Positions 37,472 to 51,504 of a DNA stretch of 64,000 nucleotides are shown one piece after another; position 1 is the stretch's first letter, and every line of letters starts with the position of its first letter. This DNA comes from Sphaerodactylus townsendi (lineage: Eukaryota), in NCBI RefSeq assembly GCF_021028975.2, contig NC_059433.1, positions 48,856,001-48,920,000 of the forward strand, in the 5' to 3' direction. The notes below the pieces were generated by a model that searched no databases, had not been told where the DNA came from, and saw only the letters and a list, made by a program, of their open reading frames with translations. Both the position numbers and the translations under genes were made by a program.

Positions 37472-37846
37472 AGCAGCAGTGGTGTAGTGGTTAAGAGAAG
37501 GTGCATTCTAATCTGGAGGAACCAGGTTTGATTCCCCGCTCTGCCACCTGAGCTGTGGAGGCTTATCTGGGGAATTCAGGTTAGCCTGTGCACTCCCACA
37601 CACACCAGCTGGGTGACCTTGGGCTAGTCACATCTTTTTGGAACTCTCTCAGCCCCACTCACCTCACAGGGTGTTTGTTGTGAGGGGGGAAGGGCAAGGA
37701 GATTGTAAGCCCCTTTAAGTCTCCTACAGGAGAGAAAAGGGGGATATAAATCCAAACTCCTCCTCCTCCTCCTCCTCCTCCTCCTCCTCCTCCTCCTCCT
37801 CCTCCTCCTCCTCTTCTTCTTCTTCTTCTTCTTCTTCTTCTTCTTC
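37472..37846 (+). mobile_element. Full-length Squam3-like tRNA SINE with (CCT)n(TCT)n tail
   Basis: A box gtggtgtagtggttaa, B-box-like ggtttgattccc, L2-like 3' end ttgtaagcccc...ggatataaat, and a trinucleotide tail at 37757-37846. Confidence 0.85.
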
Positions 37847-38139
37847 AATACTAAATCCAAAGAAGCAAAGAGATCTGGTGCCCAAAGGGTTTCATTTTAG
37901 AAGAATTCTGCAGACCATGTAATAAATTTGCCTGCTATCTCCAACATAAGTCCCAATAACTAGGGTATACACATGACCATATATAGAGGGCCCAACACTA
38001 GCAGTACATAGTTTTCACAATTTTTTCTTAAGTCACCTGAAATAAGGTTTGAATAGAAACGTGTCTACAACTGATATTTTCAAACCTGTCTGTCAAGACA
38101 TTGTAAAGAACCTTTTTCCATGTAACATGGAAAAGAGAA

Positions 38140-38318
38140 TGATAAAAAAAGTTGAAGGCAGCAGGAAAAAAAGGAAGACCCAGCATTAGACAGATTGACT
38201 CTATAAAGGAAACTATGCAAGACCTGAGAATGGCTATTAATGATAAGATGCTTTGGAAGACATTGATTCATAGGGTCACCATGAATGAGAAACGATTGGA
38301 TGGCACTTAACTCATACA
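38140..38318 (+). mobile_element. RTE/BovB-like 3' end
   Basis: KVEGSRKKGRPSIRQIDSIK, then catagggtcaccatgaatgagaaacgattggatggcac. Confidence 0.75.
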
Positions 38319-41300
38319 ATGTTCAGAGCTGCCATTATAGGGAAGGATGTCATCAAGTTTATTTAGATCTGGTATCCTATTTGCATAGACAGCCCCTCTG
38401 GGAAATGCAGTCCCTGGCCACATTACAGCTCTTCTAATTTATGGGCCTTTGGGTTGCCCCCCCCCCCCATCCCAATGTCAGTATGCAATTTATTGTTCTT
38501 GTGTCACTTCAAATCTGGATCAGTATATTAGATCCCTATTTTTCAATGTACTCTGGCATCTGAAATGGGGAAAAAACTTGTACATGTGTCTCCATTCAAA
38601 ACAAAAGCAAGGACAGCTGAAACTCTACAGAAACCCAGCATATACAGAGGTTCAGAAGCCAACATACATCCAGTTGCCTCTGTGGGACAACCTTATAAGG
38701 ACACTCAGAGTGCCACACTTTTGCAGACTGAAAATAGTAAACATTGTTTGTTGTTGTAAAACATCCTCTAAGAGAAAATCATTTTAATGTTCTGGTTAGT
38801 ATGGAAGAAGAAGAGGAAGGGTAGGTGACATATGTTTGCTTTTGATATGTTGGTTGTGTTATAGATTTTTATCTGTTTGGCCAAGACATGCAAAAAAATT
38901 TCTTTATCACACAAATGCTAATTTGCAGCTTCCCACCCCCTTTTCCCCACAGTTATTTTATACATGGACAATTCCCTATGTAGGTTGTTTTATAACACAC
39001 TGCTTTAAGAATATTCTGTTTTAAAAGATGCATTGCATATTGGCTTTCTGCAATAAATATAGTACTCTGAACCACCCAGTCTTGCCTTGCAAAGAAGCAG
39101 TGAATCATACATGTAGAGAACTGGGTGTCTGGTAGCATCATTTTGATTTTATTTTAATTCACAGCTATAATAAGATAGCACACATTAGATGAATAGTTAA
39201 TATTTATTTTTCTGAATAGGTAGACTGAGGTAAGGCAGATGAAAAGAAAATCTGCTCTCAGCCAGCAAATCACTTTTATATTAGCAAAACCAAAATCATC
39301 TCAGCAAATGTATGTAAATCACTAACTTTCAGGGCACCCAAGGGAATGTGCTTCATGCTATAACTTAAATACTAATGAAATCAACTGAAAATGATAGTCA
39401 TTAGTCAGCGGCGCCTCGATAGGGTTCCCTGTGGACTGATATAAATTCACCATTAGAAATGGATTCCTTCCTAGTCCACAGTGAGCATTTAATCCTTCTG
39501 CAAAGTACATTCAAATTTAATGTTTAATGTGGGCTTTTTATTTTTTTACTATCACAGGCCCGTTATGTTTTTATATCTGCAGTGATTTTTGTAGCCTTTT
39601 AAAAGATACCATGTTCCTTCATTTTCTTTCCCACTCAAATGTTTGTGGGTCTTTGTGTAGCACAGGGATCCAATGATCACTGTGATCATTTGAAGGCAAC
39701 TGATTAGCATACAGCTCAAATGAATTATTCCAGATCTGGGCATTCAAATTTCAAAGGAATGGATGGGATGGGCAGGCTCGGATTGTAAGAGTGTTTGATC
39801 CAAAGCAAGAGAGAACAATCCAGTGGCACTTTAAAGATTTATTCCACCATCAGATTGCAAGCTAGAATAAACTTGAGAATTGAAAATACCACTGGACTTA
39901 CTGCTACAACAGTCTAACCTCTGGAGAGAATTGTTGTTGCTTCTTTTCGCCAAGTGTCTCTTATGATTGTTATCATGAAGTTAAATGCAATATTTCATAA
40001 TATTTCTTTCCTAGCATCCCTATCATGAGTTGGCTTGGGACCTGTAATGATCACCTGTTAAAAACAGGGGGAATTGGTACCAAATGATTGCTAGCAATAC
40101 TTGATATCAGCTTTCCCATCAAGATATAATTTAACATTAACCTTTTGTAGTCCTGTGGAGAGGTTTCTGAACATTTTGGATGGTTCTGTCACTATGGGTT
40201 TGGCTTAAAATGACATAATTGGTGGAAGAAAGGATCTATGGTGGAAGAATGCTGATGTTATGACTGGATGCAGACCATTTAGTTATCAGGTTAGTGGCCT
40301 AGAATGGTTGATTGATAGTCCCTCAATGAGAGCTGATTAACAGTCTCTAGCTAGCTTCTTATTCAAGGATGCATGAGAGTTTAGAGAAGATGCAACACCC
40401 CTCCCCAGATATGAGTGCATGCATTTGAGAGGAAATAGCAGTTTGAATAAGATTGACACAAAGGGCAACTGAGAGCTGGATGAAGCACGTTGAGGTAGCT
40501 CTCTCTGGTGGATTCTGCACAGGGCAAATATAGTGGGTGTAGGACACAATGCAATTCGTTGTGGGGGGACTTTGCACAGGTCTTGCCCCCCAAATTAGTG
40601 TACCCCATTTTATTTCCCTCGGAAACCTAGGAGTTTTGAAAAGCACTAAACCAGTTATCTTTTTGCAAAATCCCAGATTGGAGTTGCTCCTGTGTGAACA
40701 ACCATGCAGGTTATGCTTTATTTCCCTCCCTCCCTTCTACCGCACCACCCACAGTCAGGGAGAATCCTCCTGCCATTGCAGGGAGGCCCCTTTTTCTTTT
40801 GCATGTTGCACATGCAGAGCTATGCAGGTGCAGCTGATCAGATTGTGGGATGATTGGCACAACTGCAGTGGCTTATTTCTGTAGGCCTGCACAGTTACTC
40901 ATGTGTGGCAGAATTTTTTTTTAAAGAGAAGCATCTCTGCACAAAGGCGTGAAAGCAACCCAGATTCCATGGGCTCCAGTTGCTGTCTGCACTGCACTCA
41001 TGTGAACAGGAAAAAGAAAAATGGGTTCCTTTATAACCACTGCAACCTGTTAAACATTTGCCATGCAGAATCGACCTCTCTCTCTCACACACACACCCTC
41101 AGGATACAATGTGGAGTGTAACATATCTGTTATCCTGTAGGAATAACTTTGTGCTTCCACAAATGCTTTACTTATACAATTATTTGAAAATAGACTCAAA
41201 GGGCATAACTTTCTCATCTGCAGTAAGCTAAGCCTGCCCAAGCTGTGGCAGCGAGCCATTTTCTCTCAAAACTACTCCCCCTCTACTTATTAAAGCATTA

Positions 41301-42960
41301 TTGTTCCTTCTAATCTACCAAAGAATACCAGGGTTGCTATAAAGAGGCAGGTAATGGCAAACCACCTCTGAACATCTCATGAAAACCATATGTGGTTGCC
41401 ATAAGTCAGCTGTGACTTGATGGGGAAAAAATCATTTTAACAAATCAATTCTTATTACAGATGAATTCAACAGGATGACTTTCATAGGGAAATTAGGGAT
41501 GATCGACTCTAGATGTACCTGAGCAAAGAAAATTATTCTACACGAATTCATCATATAGACGGAGTAAAATTATGCATATTTTACAAGCTTCTGCTGATTT
41601 CAACAGCCGAGTATTCACAGAACAATAACCACAAGAACCCCTTCCATCAGACGAATCATCTTTAGGCTGGAGGAAGATTCAAACTTGACTGAGTGGCTTG
41701 ATAGGTTGCAAGCCATTCATTTTCTTTCACTTTTGCCAAAATATACAATGCCAGATTATATCCCTGTGACCATTACATGAACTGATTTCCTACACGAATC
41801 CATATATTTCATTCAATTATGGAATATTTATTTTGGTCATTTCGCTATAAAAATTTCTACCATGAAAAAAGTGAATACCTGCCATGATCAAAAATATAAA
41901 AGCATGGAGGTCAGGGCTAATTTTCAAAACTGTGCTGAAAATAGTCTCAGCATTTCTATCAGTGTAATAATGACTGTCACAGACTGACTAAAGGTTGGCC
42001 AGTAGTGTGCACTAAGAAATCCAGAAACTGGACTTTCTGCCTTCCTGAATCACAACATTTGGGTCAGTCTGCTACTTATATCTTGCTTTTAAGACTCCTC
42101 AAAATAATGTCAGAAATCCTAACAGGTACTTGCTCAGTGCTACTCATAAAGGAGCTTTGATCACAGTGAAACAATGGAAGTGATTAATAATCTACATCAC
42201 ACAAATTATGCAAAAGCTATTTATCCTGCTTATCCTTTCCTGCAATCTTACAAAATAGGTATCACTCAGAAACTGAGTGTCTTTCTCCAACCAATATTCC
42301 TAGTAAAATATTCCTGGAGCTGTTGCCAGAACCAGTCTAAGGTCCAGCATCTAGTTATAGCAAGTTTGGCTGGTCCTAGAGCTTCATACCATTTACCAGA
42401 TGTGAAGTCTACTAAGCTAGGGCCTTTCCTCAGACGATGAGATACCTGTGATATTGCAGAGGTTCTGGCAATAGAATAGGATTTTATCAGGATTGCCTCA
42501 GTCAAATGAGGGCAGATGCCAGTGGATGGGATGGATGGAGTATCCATGTTTCTTTCTTCCAGGTGTTCACCTTTCATAATTGATGGGTTCCTGTGGGCAT
42601 CAGTGTATTTACTGCGCTCTCTTTGCTTTGTCTTTGTGAGGAATCTTTCCATTACTTTGTTCCCTTCTGCCGGGATACTATAGGCTGCTGACTGCCAGGA
42701 GTGAACTAGGAAGTAAAACTGGCCCTTCAGAAAACCAATCTGAGTAGTCCCCATGGTGCTACAATGCCAGTGGTCCAGGAGACATTCAGCTCAGTAGTGC
42801 AAATGATTAAAATTAGTGTACTCATTGCTTGTTCCTGAAACCTGGCAGCAGCATGGAGAAGGACTGGAGAAAGAATTTCACTGTAAGCTAAATTGCCAGT
42901 GCATTCCTGAACACTGCACTGCAATGCCCTGTCACCTTTGCGAAGGATTGTAGTCTACTG

Positions 42961-43328
42961 CAGGGGTTCAAACCTTTTTGAGCCTGCAATTGTTAACACT
43001 ATGTGTAACCTTTGCAATTGTTACACTATGTAATTTGCAATTGTTACACTATGTGGGTGAATACAGCCACAAAATGGCTGCCACAGGAGCTAGTCATCCA
43101 TACACTGGATGTTGCAGATTACCCTAAATTACCCAGTGAAATTCAGTGTATTGTGGTGGCAGCTGCTGCCAAAGCAACAGTTTTGAAAAATCTGCATAGT
43201 CAGTCAAATCTCCAATGGCCAACTAGAACCCTTGCTGGACTAAAGTTCTGCCCACTTTCTAAAAACACTTGGCAAGCACCAGGGAAGGGGTCTGCTGGTG
43301 CTATGGCACCCATGGGTACCACACTGGG
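42961..43328. mobile_element. hAT/Charlie-like MITE with internal tandem repeat
   Basis: Starts caggggttcaaaccttttt. gcaattgttacactatgt occurs three times at 42986-43033. Confidence 0.5.
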
Positions 43329-44869
43329 CTGCATTTCTTTTTGCATTAGTTCTGTTTAAAAAAATTCAGTTCAAATATCCATTTCATCCTTATGGCCGTT
43401 TCTGTGTGATAAAAGTGACAATCTTTATTTCCAACCTGTAATTAGGACCTGCACAAATCTTCACTATAAACAAAAAGTTAATGCCTTCAACATCTTCAGA
43501 AGATTTTATTTTATGGATTGTTTTCATCCTATCTGAGCCTCAAGCATAAGCTGGCATCTTTGTTAGAAAACAGTAAAACAATGACAGGATCATGCTTAGC
43601 AGAACCCAAATTTGTATTAGATAATTTCTTTCAGTGGCTTGAATTAGTTAATGAATGTTATGGAAGGACAGGAATAAATCTGATGTGCAAAATTCACTAA
43701 GCTAATCAACATTCTATTCATCTTCAATAAGCTTCAATAATTTGATTATTCTTATTTGTCTTGATTTATTTTTAAACTAATGTTTTTTTTAAAACAGCAT
43801 TAAAACATTAATTTTGTCAGTAAGTATGACAGTATCATACACAGAAAAACTTGGTCCTCGTGCTTTTTTCTGTTCATGCTAGACCAAAGAGATGTCAAAT
43901 ACTATCAGGTATTAAATTAAGCAAGGACATTTTCAGTGAAATTGATTTTTTGAGTTCTTGGAATCCTTGAAATCACTCAAAGTCCTTGTAGTTTCAAAGG
44001 TACCCCATTAATCTTTATAGGGGCCTGTTGACATTGCTGGTTGCCACGTTCCCACTTTGCTTTCAGGGCAGATATGAACAGACTGAAGAGAGGCCAGGGG
44101 ATTCAATTTTAATTTAGCAGAATCCACATTTAGCTCTTTAAACTGAACAGAAAATGATATTGAAAGGATTTGTGCAGACAGAGGTGTAAATTACAACAAG
44201 GGTTACTCCCTGATAAAAACCAGTGCAGGAGATGATTTTTCTAGTGAATCACCTCTGCTTTCTTGTAAGTGCAGTCTAAAACCTAATAAAGATTTGTTTC
44301 AGAACAGGATGAGTTCTTTTCACTGAACTACTGTTATGTCATCTAAATCGAAACCTTAACATCATGTACAGAGGGGAATAACTTAGAGTAACGATTGTCG
44401 GTAGAAGGGATGAACACTATGGTGTATTATATATAGGAGTAGAATAGAAAAGCAGAGTAGAAAAAGTTTGATTTTTATGTGGATGCTTGAATTCTGTTGG
44501 GTGGAGCTATTCTTAGTTTGCTTCTAGGCAAGAACAGTGTCATAGTCTGATGAAGGCCTTACAGTTTAACTGTTGTGTTTCATGATCTGTTCTTAATAAA
44601 AACAAGCAGACCTGTCTTTGCTGAATGCATGAGTAGGATTCTTCAGGGCTTGTGAGACAGAGTGAGTAACCCTCACCTGAGACCCACCAAGGTAAAAAAT
44701 ATTGTGTGATTTCAGAAGTCAGTCTGTTTCTTTTTATATTTCCTGTATAGAAATGTTCTAGATTTCTTTCCTGAGTAGACAAGGGAGCCTTGTAAACCTT
44801 CTGGGGGCAGTGGTAGGGGCGGGTTGAGAGAGGTCTGAGAAAACTCAGCCAGCAGGCTTCATGTGGAGG

Positions 44870-45603
44870 AGTGGGGAAACAAAATAAGCCTTTTGATGGC
44901 CCATAAAATTGAACCCCCTGAAACAAAGTTCACCAAGCCTGGATGCTATTACCAGGAGGGCCGCTTGGACCCACCTTGAAAGTCTGGTGCCTCTATCTTC
45001 AAAAATGTGCAGCCTGCACAAAAATTCCCCATTGGGTACAATGGTGCCAAGGCACTGCAGAGCAGAGAATCTGGGCAAATTTCTTGGGGTGCATTTTTTA
45101 AAGCTACTGGTACCAAAATTTCTGGGTCTCATCCAGAGACTGCCTTGATGATACCACCCAAGTTTGGTGAAGTTTGGTTCAGAGGTCCAAAGTTATGGAC
45201 CTCAAAGGTGTAGCCCCCATCTCCTGTTAATTCCCATCGGAAACAATGGGGGATGGAGCACCCATTGGTGGTCCATAACGTTGGACCCCCTGAACCAAAC
45301 TTCACCAAACTCGGTTGGTATCATTAGTCGAGTCTCTGGATGATATCCTGAAATTATGGTGCTGCTGGCTGCTAGCTTTAAAATTATGGTGCTGCTAGCT
45401 TTAAAAAGCACACCCTGCAGGCCAAAACACAAAAAACCCACCAAAAATACCAAAAATACCCAAAAAATCAGACGGACCCGAATTTTTTGGGTATATCCAA
45501 ATCCAAATATGTAATTTGTCTTATTCGGGCATACAGATAATTTTATCCCCAAATAAATCCGTATCCAAATTTTACCAAATTTCCAGGGTATTGACCAAGC
45601 CTA
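44870..45603. mobile_element. Non-autonomous element with long fold-back and TAGG-type terminus
   Basis: Arms 45148-45200 and 45271-45325 are reverse complements. The element ends ttgaccaagccta. Confidence 0.65.
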
Positions 45604-46130
45604 GGGCCTACTTTTTAAATTATTGGACAGTCAGACCAAATCATCATTATAAATGTGCACGTGGAGGTCACATTAGTAGCTTTTAAGTATCAAGTCAAAT
45701 AGACAATTAAGATACACATACCAGGTTCTAATGAAGCTGATTTGATTTTTTACATTAAGAATATAATTAGCATCCATTGCTCAATAGGGACACGTGTTTT
45801 GCTCTGGATTTACTTATATGAGCCCATGCATTGTCTTAGATAGTACCTGTACTGAAAGCAGACCTCCTCAAACATTACTGATGTTCTTAAAGACCTGGGA
45901 CAATTTCCTGCGATTATATACATTTAGACTCAAGCATAATACCAGTTGTCCATGGAGAAGGAAGGTTATCTTGGAACAATGAGTTGAAATTACTGGAGGT
46001 TCCAGATATCATTTTTAAAGTGACTATGCCTACTTTCCAGGTCAGCCATCTAGTGTTCACACAGAAGAAAAATGGATCACTATGACTACTTTAATCTGTG
46101 TGATTTCCACAAAGCTGTGATGAGGCATCA

Positions 46131-46312
46131 GGTTGGATCCAGGCTAAATTTTTGCTAATAGAAGGGAAAGTGTAATTTCTCTTTCTTGCTACTGACTCTC
46201 TTGAGGGTCTCCTGTCCATTATGAGAAGAATTGCTGGAAAATTAATGGACTGCAGCAGAAGCCAAGAAAATTCTATTCCAGTGGTAGCAGCAAATTCAGT
46301 TTGGATCCAACC
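46131..46312. mobile_element. Palindromic MITE (GGTTGGATCCA termini)
   Basis: ggttggatcca...tggatccaacc. Confidence 0.55.
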
Positions 46313-47089
46313 CTGCATCATCTGTCTGTCCTTTTTACTGAGGATGTGAGAAGGAATTCAATATTTTTTATCATTCTGGTTGAATTTTTTAAATTTTTTA
46401 TTTGACTTAATAATTTTACAATTGGTAGGCAAATTTGGAGAAGGTAGCTGCATGGTGTATGCCTTTCATACTTCATGGGGAGGTATGTTTTTGATAGACT
46501 GCATTTTGATACCTGGTCAGCAAGTGAAGTGAATTCCAGTAACAGAATCACAAATGTTTTGGGGACATCCAGGGTATTCACGTAACTGATGCAGAAGCCA
46601 AGGAAGAACATGAGTCCATATTGTATCATGCCCCTGGGCTGTTCAATAATGAGACTTTGTATTCAGACTATTTCTTTTATTGAAAACAGCATCAGAAAAA
46701 GGCATTTAGACTTCTATTGCCAGAACTAAAACTAAGCACCAAAATAACTAAAACTAAGTACCAAAATTATACCCCACTCTATGCCCCTCCATGTCACATA
46801 TCACCCCTCCCCCCAGTACTGATTCCCATAAGAGAAATGTTACCTCTCCAATCTCACAGGAAGGAAACAGCATTGCCTTCACAACACACTCTCTCCAGCA
46901 CTTTGAAGTGTAAAAGCCATCAGGTGTCTAATGAGCAGATTAACCCATGTCTGGAAAATGAAACTAAGAGGCAAAGAACAGATAGCAGTCCCAGAGAGTG
47001 AGGAAGCAGTCTATGGAGAGAGGTTCCCACATCCCACCCAGGAGACATGGCAGGATCAGGCCAGAACAGGGCAGATCGTGATGTAATAA

Positions 47090-47655
47090 TAGACTCATAG
47101 GGTTGGAAGTGTCTGTGGAAATCATCTAGTCCAACCTGCTGCTCAGTGCAGGATCATCCCGAGAATATCTGTCAAACTTCCATGGAAACCACCTCAGATG
47201 TTATGGACTACAGTTCCTACCTCAACCTCAAGCAGGGCAGGGAGGTGATGGGAACTGTAGTCCATAACATCTGGAGGGTCACATGTCACCCAAGTGTCCC
47301 AGAATCCTAGTATCCCTTAGTGAGTGTTTGTCCAGCTATTTGGTGGGGGCAGGGGGTAGGTGGGTGGGGATCTCACCACCTCCCTAGGCAGTCAATTCCA
47401 CTGGAGAACTATTCTCACTGTAAAATAATTTCTCCCTCATATCAAGATGGTATCTTTCTGCCTGCAATTTAATCCATTATTGTGAATCCTATCCTCTGCT
47501 GCTAACAGGAACAGCTCTCTGTCCTCTGACAACCCATGAAAGGGAGCAATCATGTCCCCCCTCATCCTCCTTTTCTCCAGACTGAACATTCCTAAGTCCC
47601 TCAGCTGTTCCTTGTAGGATCAGGTTTCCAGGCGCCTGATAATCCTCATCACTGA
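47090..47655 (-). mobile_element. Decayed CR1 3' end with embedded palindromic MITE fragment (~47195-47278)
   Basis: catagggttggaag...catctagtccaacc; LRNVQSGEKEDEGGHD is a frameshifted CR1 C-terminus; the embedded cagatgttatggactacagttcc / ggaactgtagtccataacatctg pair is an inverted repeat. Confidence 0.75.
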
Positions 47656-49179
47656 AAAAGCAATAAAGTTTCACAAGGATAAGGTATTGTTCCTAGTAGA
47701 TAATGTTAAGTTCATGGGTCCTGCCTGTCCTAAAGATAGTGCTAAATTTAATAATGGGGAAAAAGAAACTATCAACAAAATGCCGCCAAGAAGATAAGAA
47801 AGAACTTTAAAGACTCTTAGGCTGATTTGCACTTTCTAAAATGCTCCATGGCTTACAGCCGAGAGCGTGACTGCTGCAGGGGCTTCTCACCCTGCCTGTA
47901 GTTCCCATCAGTTGACCGGGCTCTTCTCCTTCACCAAGTCAAGTCACTCCATCTAAAATGTAAATCTAAATCTCCTTACAAGTGCAGTAAAAGAGAATCG
48001 TCGCTCTCCCATTCGCTGTGCCTGCTCACACCGTTTTTCTGCCCAAGGTTTCTCTCATTTTAAAACCAAGGTTTCTCCCTCCATACGCTTTTTCACTGTA
48101 AGAGGGGAGGTATCACTTCTGCCTCGTCCATTGGTGGGTGGGCCAGAGGCGAGGTGGGAAAACTGGCCCCATTTCTGCTACGGAGGAGTTTTGTATAGCA
48201 GTGGAAGCTTCCAAAGCAATAAAGGGGAATTTCAAAAGGACCTCAACCTTTGCAGTTCAGGAAATTTGCAGAGCAAAGCCATTGCCATGGGATGGCTCCA
48301 GGGTAGAAAGACATGGCAGTCAGCCCGCCAGTGCAGCACCTAAAGCCAGTAATAATTCCAATTGCATTGGGGCATTCCCCGTGCCAACAGAGGGGCAATT
48401 TTGGTGTGCAAAATTGGCCTTAGATACAATTCAGTACCTGGCACAGTTTATGTTGGTTAAATCAAGCCTGGCTGCCTCACTAAAGCTGTTGCTAAGAGGT
48501 AACACTGTTCTAGTGCTACAAAACTTTCATTCACAGCACAGCCACCCTTGTCCAAAGGTGGTCTAGAAGCCTGTTTACTGCAGCAAAAGCAGTCCATTCA
48601 GGAATATGGAAGCAGTCTGAGTAAACTCATTGTTAGAAAAAGAGCTGCTGGCAATAATTTTGGGAAACACAAGTTCTGAATATCCCCCAAACCCACAAAC
48701 AAAGGAAAAATATTAGAAGAATGCTAAATTACCATTCTAAGAACCTCTACTTGCAAGGAAATGAAGGAAGGGGGGAATTGATTGGAAAAGCTGTGTATTA
48801 AATTGCCTGAAAAGACAAAAACTCAATCTGAAATGTTTTATTCTCTGAGCCCAGCTGCAGTGCATAACTGTGTAGCCCCTTGTAAGTGGGAGGAGATAGT
48901 AGAAAGACCCTCATTGCTTGGAAAAAACGCATTATGAATATGGGTTGGGCCACCCTTAGATTTTCACAGTTGGGAGTTGCAATTGGACCAATTCTAACAT
49001 TGAACTAATGGCTGACTTTCATATTCACAAAGGGGACAGAAAAGGCCTGCACTGAAATCAGCACCATCTTTTCTAGGGCCAGAATGATCCAATATGAGAC
49101 TACAAAGTACCATCCATTGCTTTCCATTTTGGGACTGTGGAGAAATGGCTCCTTCCCCCCGCTTTTTTTTTCCCTTTTC

Positions 49180-49982
49180 CCCTTCTCCAACCAGGTACCA
49201 TAGATTTGGAGAACTTAGAAATTCCAGATGAACATCTGTAAGAGCTGCCCTGATCTTAGGGGAAAATATATCTCGACCCAGCCTGACCAGGTCAAAAAGA
49301 GGGCTGGGTCCTGGGAGCCTCGATAAAACCTAAGCAGAGAGGATTAGAGGTCTCTTCTCTTCTCTTCTTCGGGTTGGCCACCGAAGGTAAAGCAGACCTC
49401 TTGCCAGGGCTGTGACGGAGCAGCCTATATTTTGAACCATGCTGTGTTCTCATCCAGGGGAGCTCACCAGCCTGCCAGGTAATGAGAACTCTTTGGAGAA
49501 TTGGTAACCTTTTCAGCTTTAGGGGCCTACCTATTTTCAAATCAACTGCTGGGTGTGTTTAGTGAGAGAGACAGGGATTTGCGTTTTGGAAACTCTTGCT
49601 CAATCTGGTGCAGTGCTAAAATATACTTGTGACCATTTTATTTCTAATACTTTTCGCAAACCTTAGATGTGGAGAACAGTTTTCTGTATCACAAATACCC
49701 CACCTTCTTGGATGCACTATCTAACTAGTGGGAAGGCTGGCGTTGTGCAGCTTTTCCTCTGGGACTCCAATCTGCCCTGTGGAACCCAGGAGAGGTGAAC
49801 CAAGGGAAATTGAGGCAGAGGCTTCATGATAGGCAAGGAATCTGGGGAACCCTGATCTTCCCCAGTGGGGCAGTTTCTCAAACAGAGGGAAAGCAAGCCC
49901 TCCCCAGGAAAAGTTGGCAACCCCTGGGAGAGGCTTAGGAGCAAAATAGGGCCTGCAGGCAAAGCAAGCCCGTTCCGCCACA
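49180..49982 (+). mobile_element. Possible solo LTR
   Basis: TATA-like gataaaa, a CT-rich leader, a donor-like caggtaatg and a ...ccaca end. The TSD and 5' boundary were not resolved. Confidence 0.3.
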
Positions 49983-49997
49983 GAGACTATGCATGAT

Positions 49998-50276
49998 GCC
50001 AGTGTGGTGCAGTGGTTAAGAGTGGTGGATTCCAATCTGGAGAACTGGGTTTCATGTGAGTGGCAGACTCTTATCTGGTGAATTTGTTTCCTCGCTCCTA
50101 TACATAAAGTCTGCTGGTTGACCTTGGGCTAGTCACAGTTCTCTCAAAACTCTCTCAGCCCCTCCTACTTCACAAGATGTCTGTTATGGGGAGAGGAAGG
50201 GAAGGACTCTTTGTAAGCTGCTTTGATATTCCTTATAGGAGAGAAAGGTGGGGTATAAATCCAAACTCTTCTTCTT
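49998..50276 (+). mobile_element. Squam3-like tRNA SINE (older copy)
   Basis: Same architecture as 37472, ending gggtataaatccaaactcttcttc. Confidence 0.8.
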
Positions 50277-50479
50277 AAAAATGTTTGTTCCCTTCCCTCA
50301 CTAATTACTGAGCAACCATTTTAATTATGACTTTTAGAGAAAAAAAGAAGATTGTAAACTAATTTTAGAGAACAAAAGAAGATTGTAAACTAATTTTAGA
50401 GGGAAAAGGGGAGACAAAACTATTGTTTTGCAGATATTTTGATCTGCGTGTGGAGGGGGGTCTGCAATACTGGCGCCGA

Positions 50480-51504
50480 CCCCCCTGTTTCAGAAGTCTG
50501 GGGGTCCACCTGGATTCGGCTCTCTCCTTAATGGAGACCCAGGTGGCTCCATACAACCCGGACTGCATTTTTTTCCATCTTCAGCCTGGTGTCTCAAGCT
50601 GTTGGCTCCCTTCCCTCTCCCAGGCATGGATCTGGCCACTCGTGATCCACATGCAACGGTCACCTCCAGGCTGGACTATTGGTAACTCGCCAGACAGCTG
50701 CCTTCCTTTGCGGCGCTTTCAGATTCTCGGAAGCTGCAAACTGGTCCAACATGCGCAGCACGCCTGCTCGCTCACAGGAGTATGCTCTTCTCAGAGAACA
50801 CATTATCCAGCCTGTGCCATGGCTAAGTTACATTGTAGCCGCATTGGCTCCCGTTGAATTCAATCATCTTCGCTAAGGTGTGGGTTTTGACCTTTAAGGC
50901 TGCTTTATGCTGCCTGGGGACCCCTCGTATCTTTCGGGACCGTGATCACCCCATATAAGTCCCAACTCGCCTCATGCTTCTGCAGAGGCTACTCCTACTG
51001 GTGGCCCCCCGGCTCCTCTATATGATGCGGGTTGGCGCCTCCACGCTGCCAGGACCTTCCACGCATTGGGTCTCCGCCTGGTGGGAACACCCCTTCCTCC
51101 AGGGCTGTCCGGTTCTCAAGTGGGACCTGGGTGAGTTCCGCGAGGGCCTGTAAGACTGTGTTGTTCCACCTGGCCTTTGGAGTGTCCTAGCTCAAGCTGG
51201 GACATGGTGCCTCTATCACCGCCCCTGCCCCTAGGTTAGTTACATCAGGGTCCCCCCCCCATATTGAGGGGTTCTGCACATCCTTCCATGGGGGTAGGTT
51301 TTAAATTGGGGCTCTGGGACGCCTCTTTATTATGTATTATGGTTTTTTGCTGTTTGCATGAGTTTTCAAGCCATTTTATGGGATACGGAACCTATGTGTT
51401 TATATTTCAGAAACACCGCTTCCTGGCAGTTGATGTTACAAGTGGACAGTTTGTTCAATCCAATCTCGAGCCCTTCGGGGATCGGGCGGTATACAAATTA
51501 AATA

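Noticed and set aside
37624-37860. Poly-Lys/Arg ORF
   Set aside because: It is a translation of the SINE microsatellite tail.
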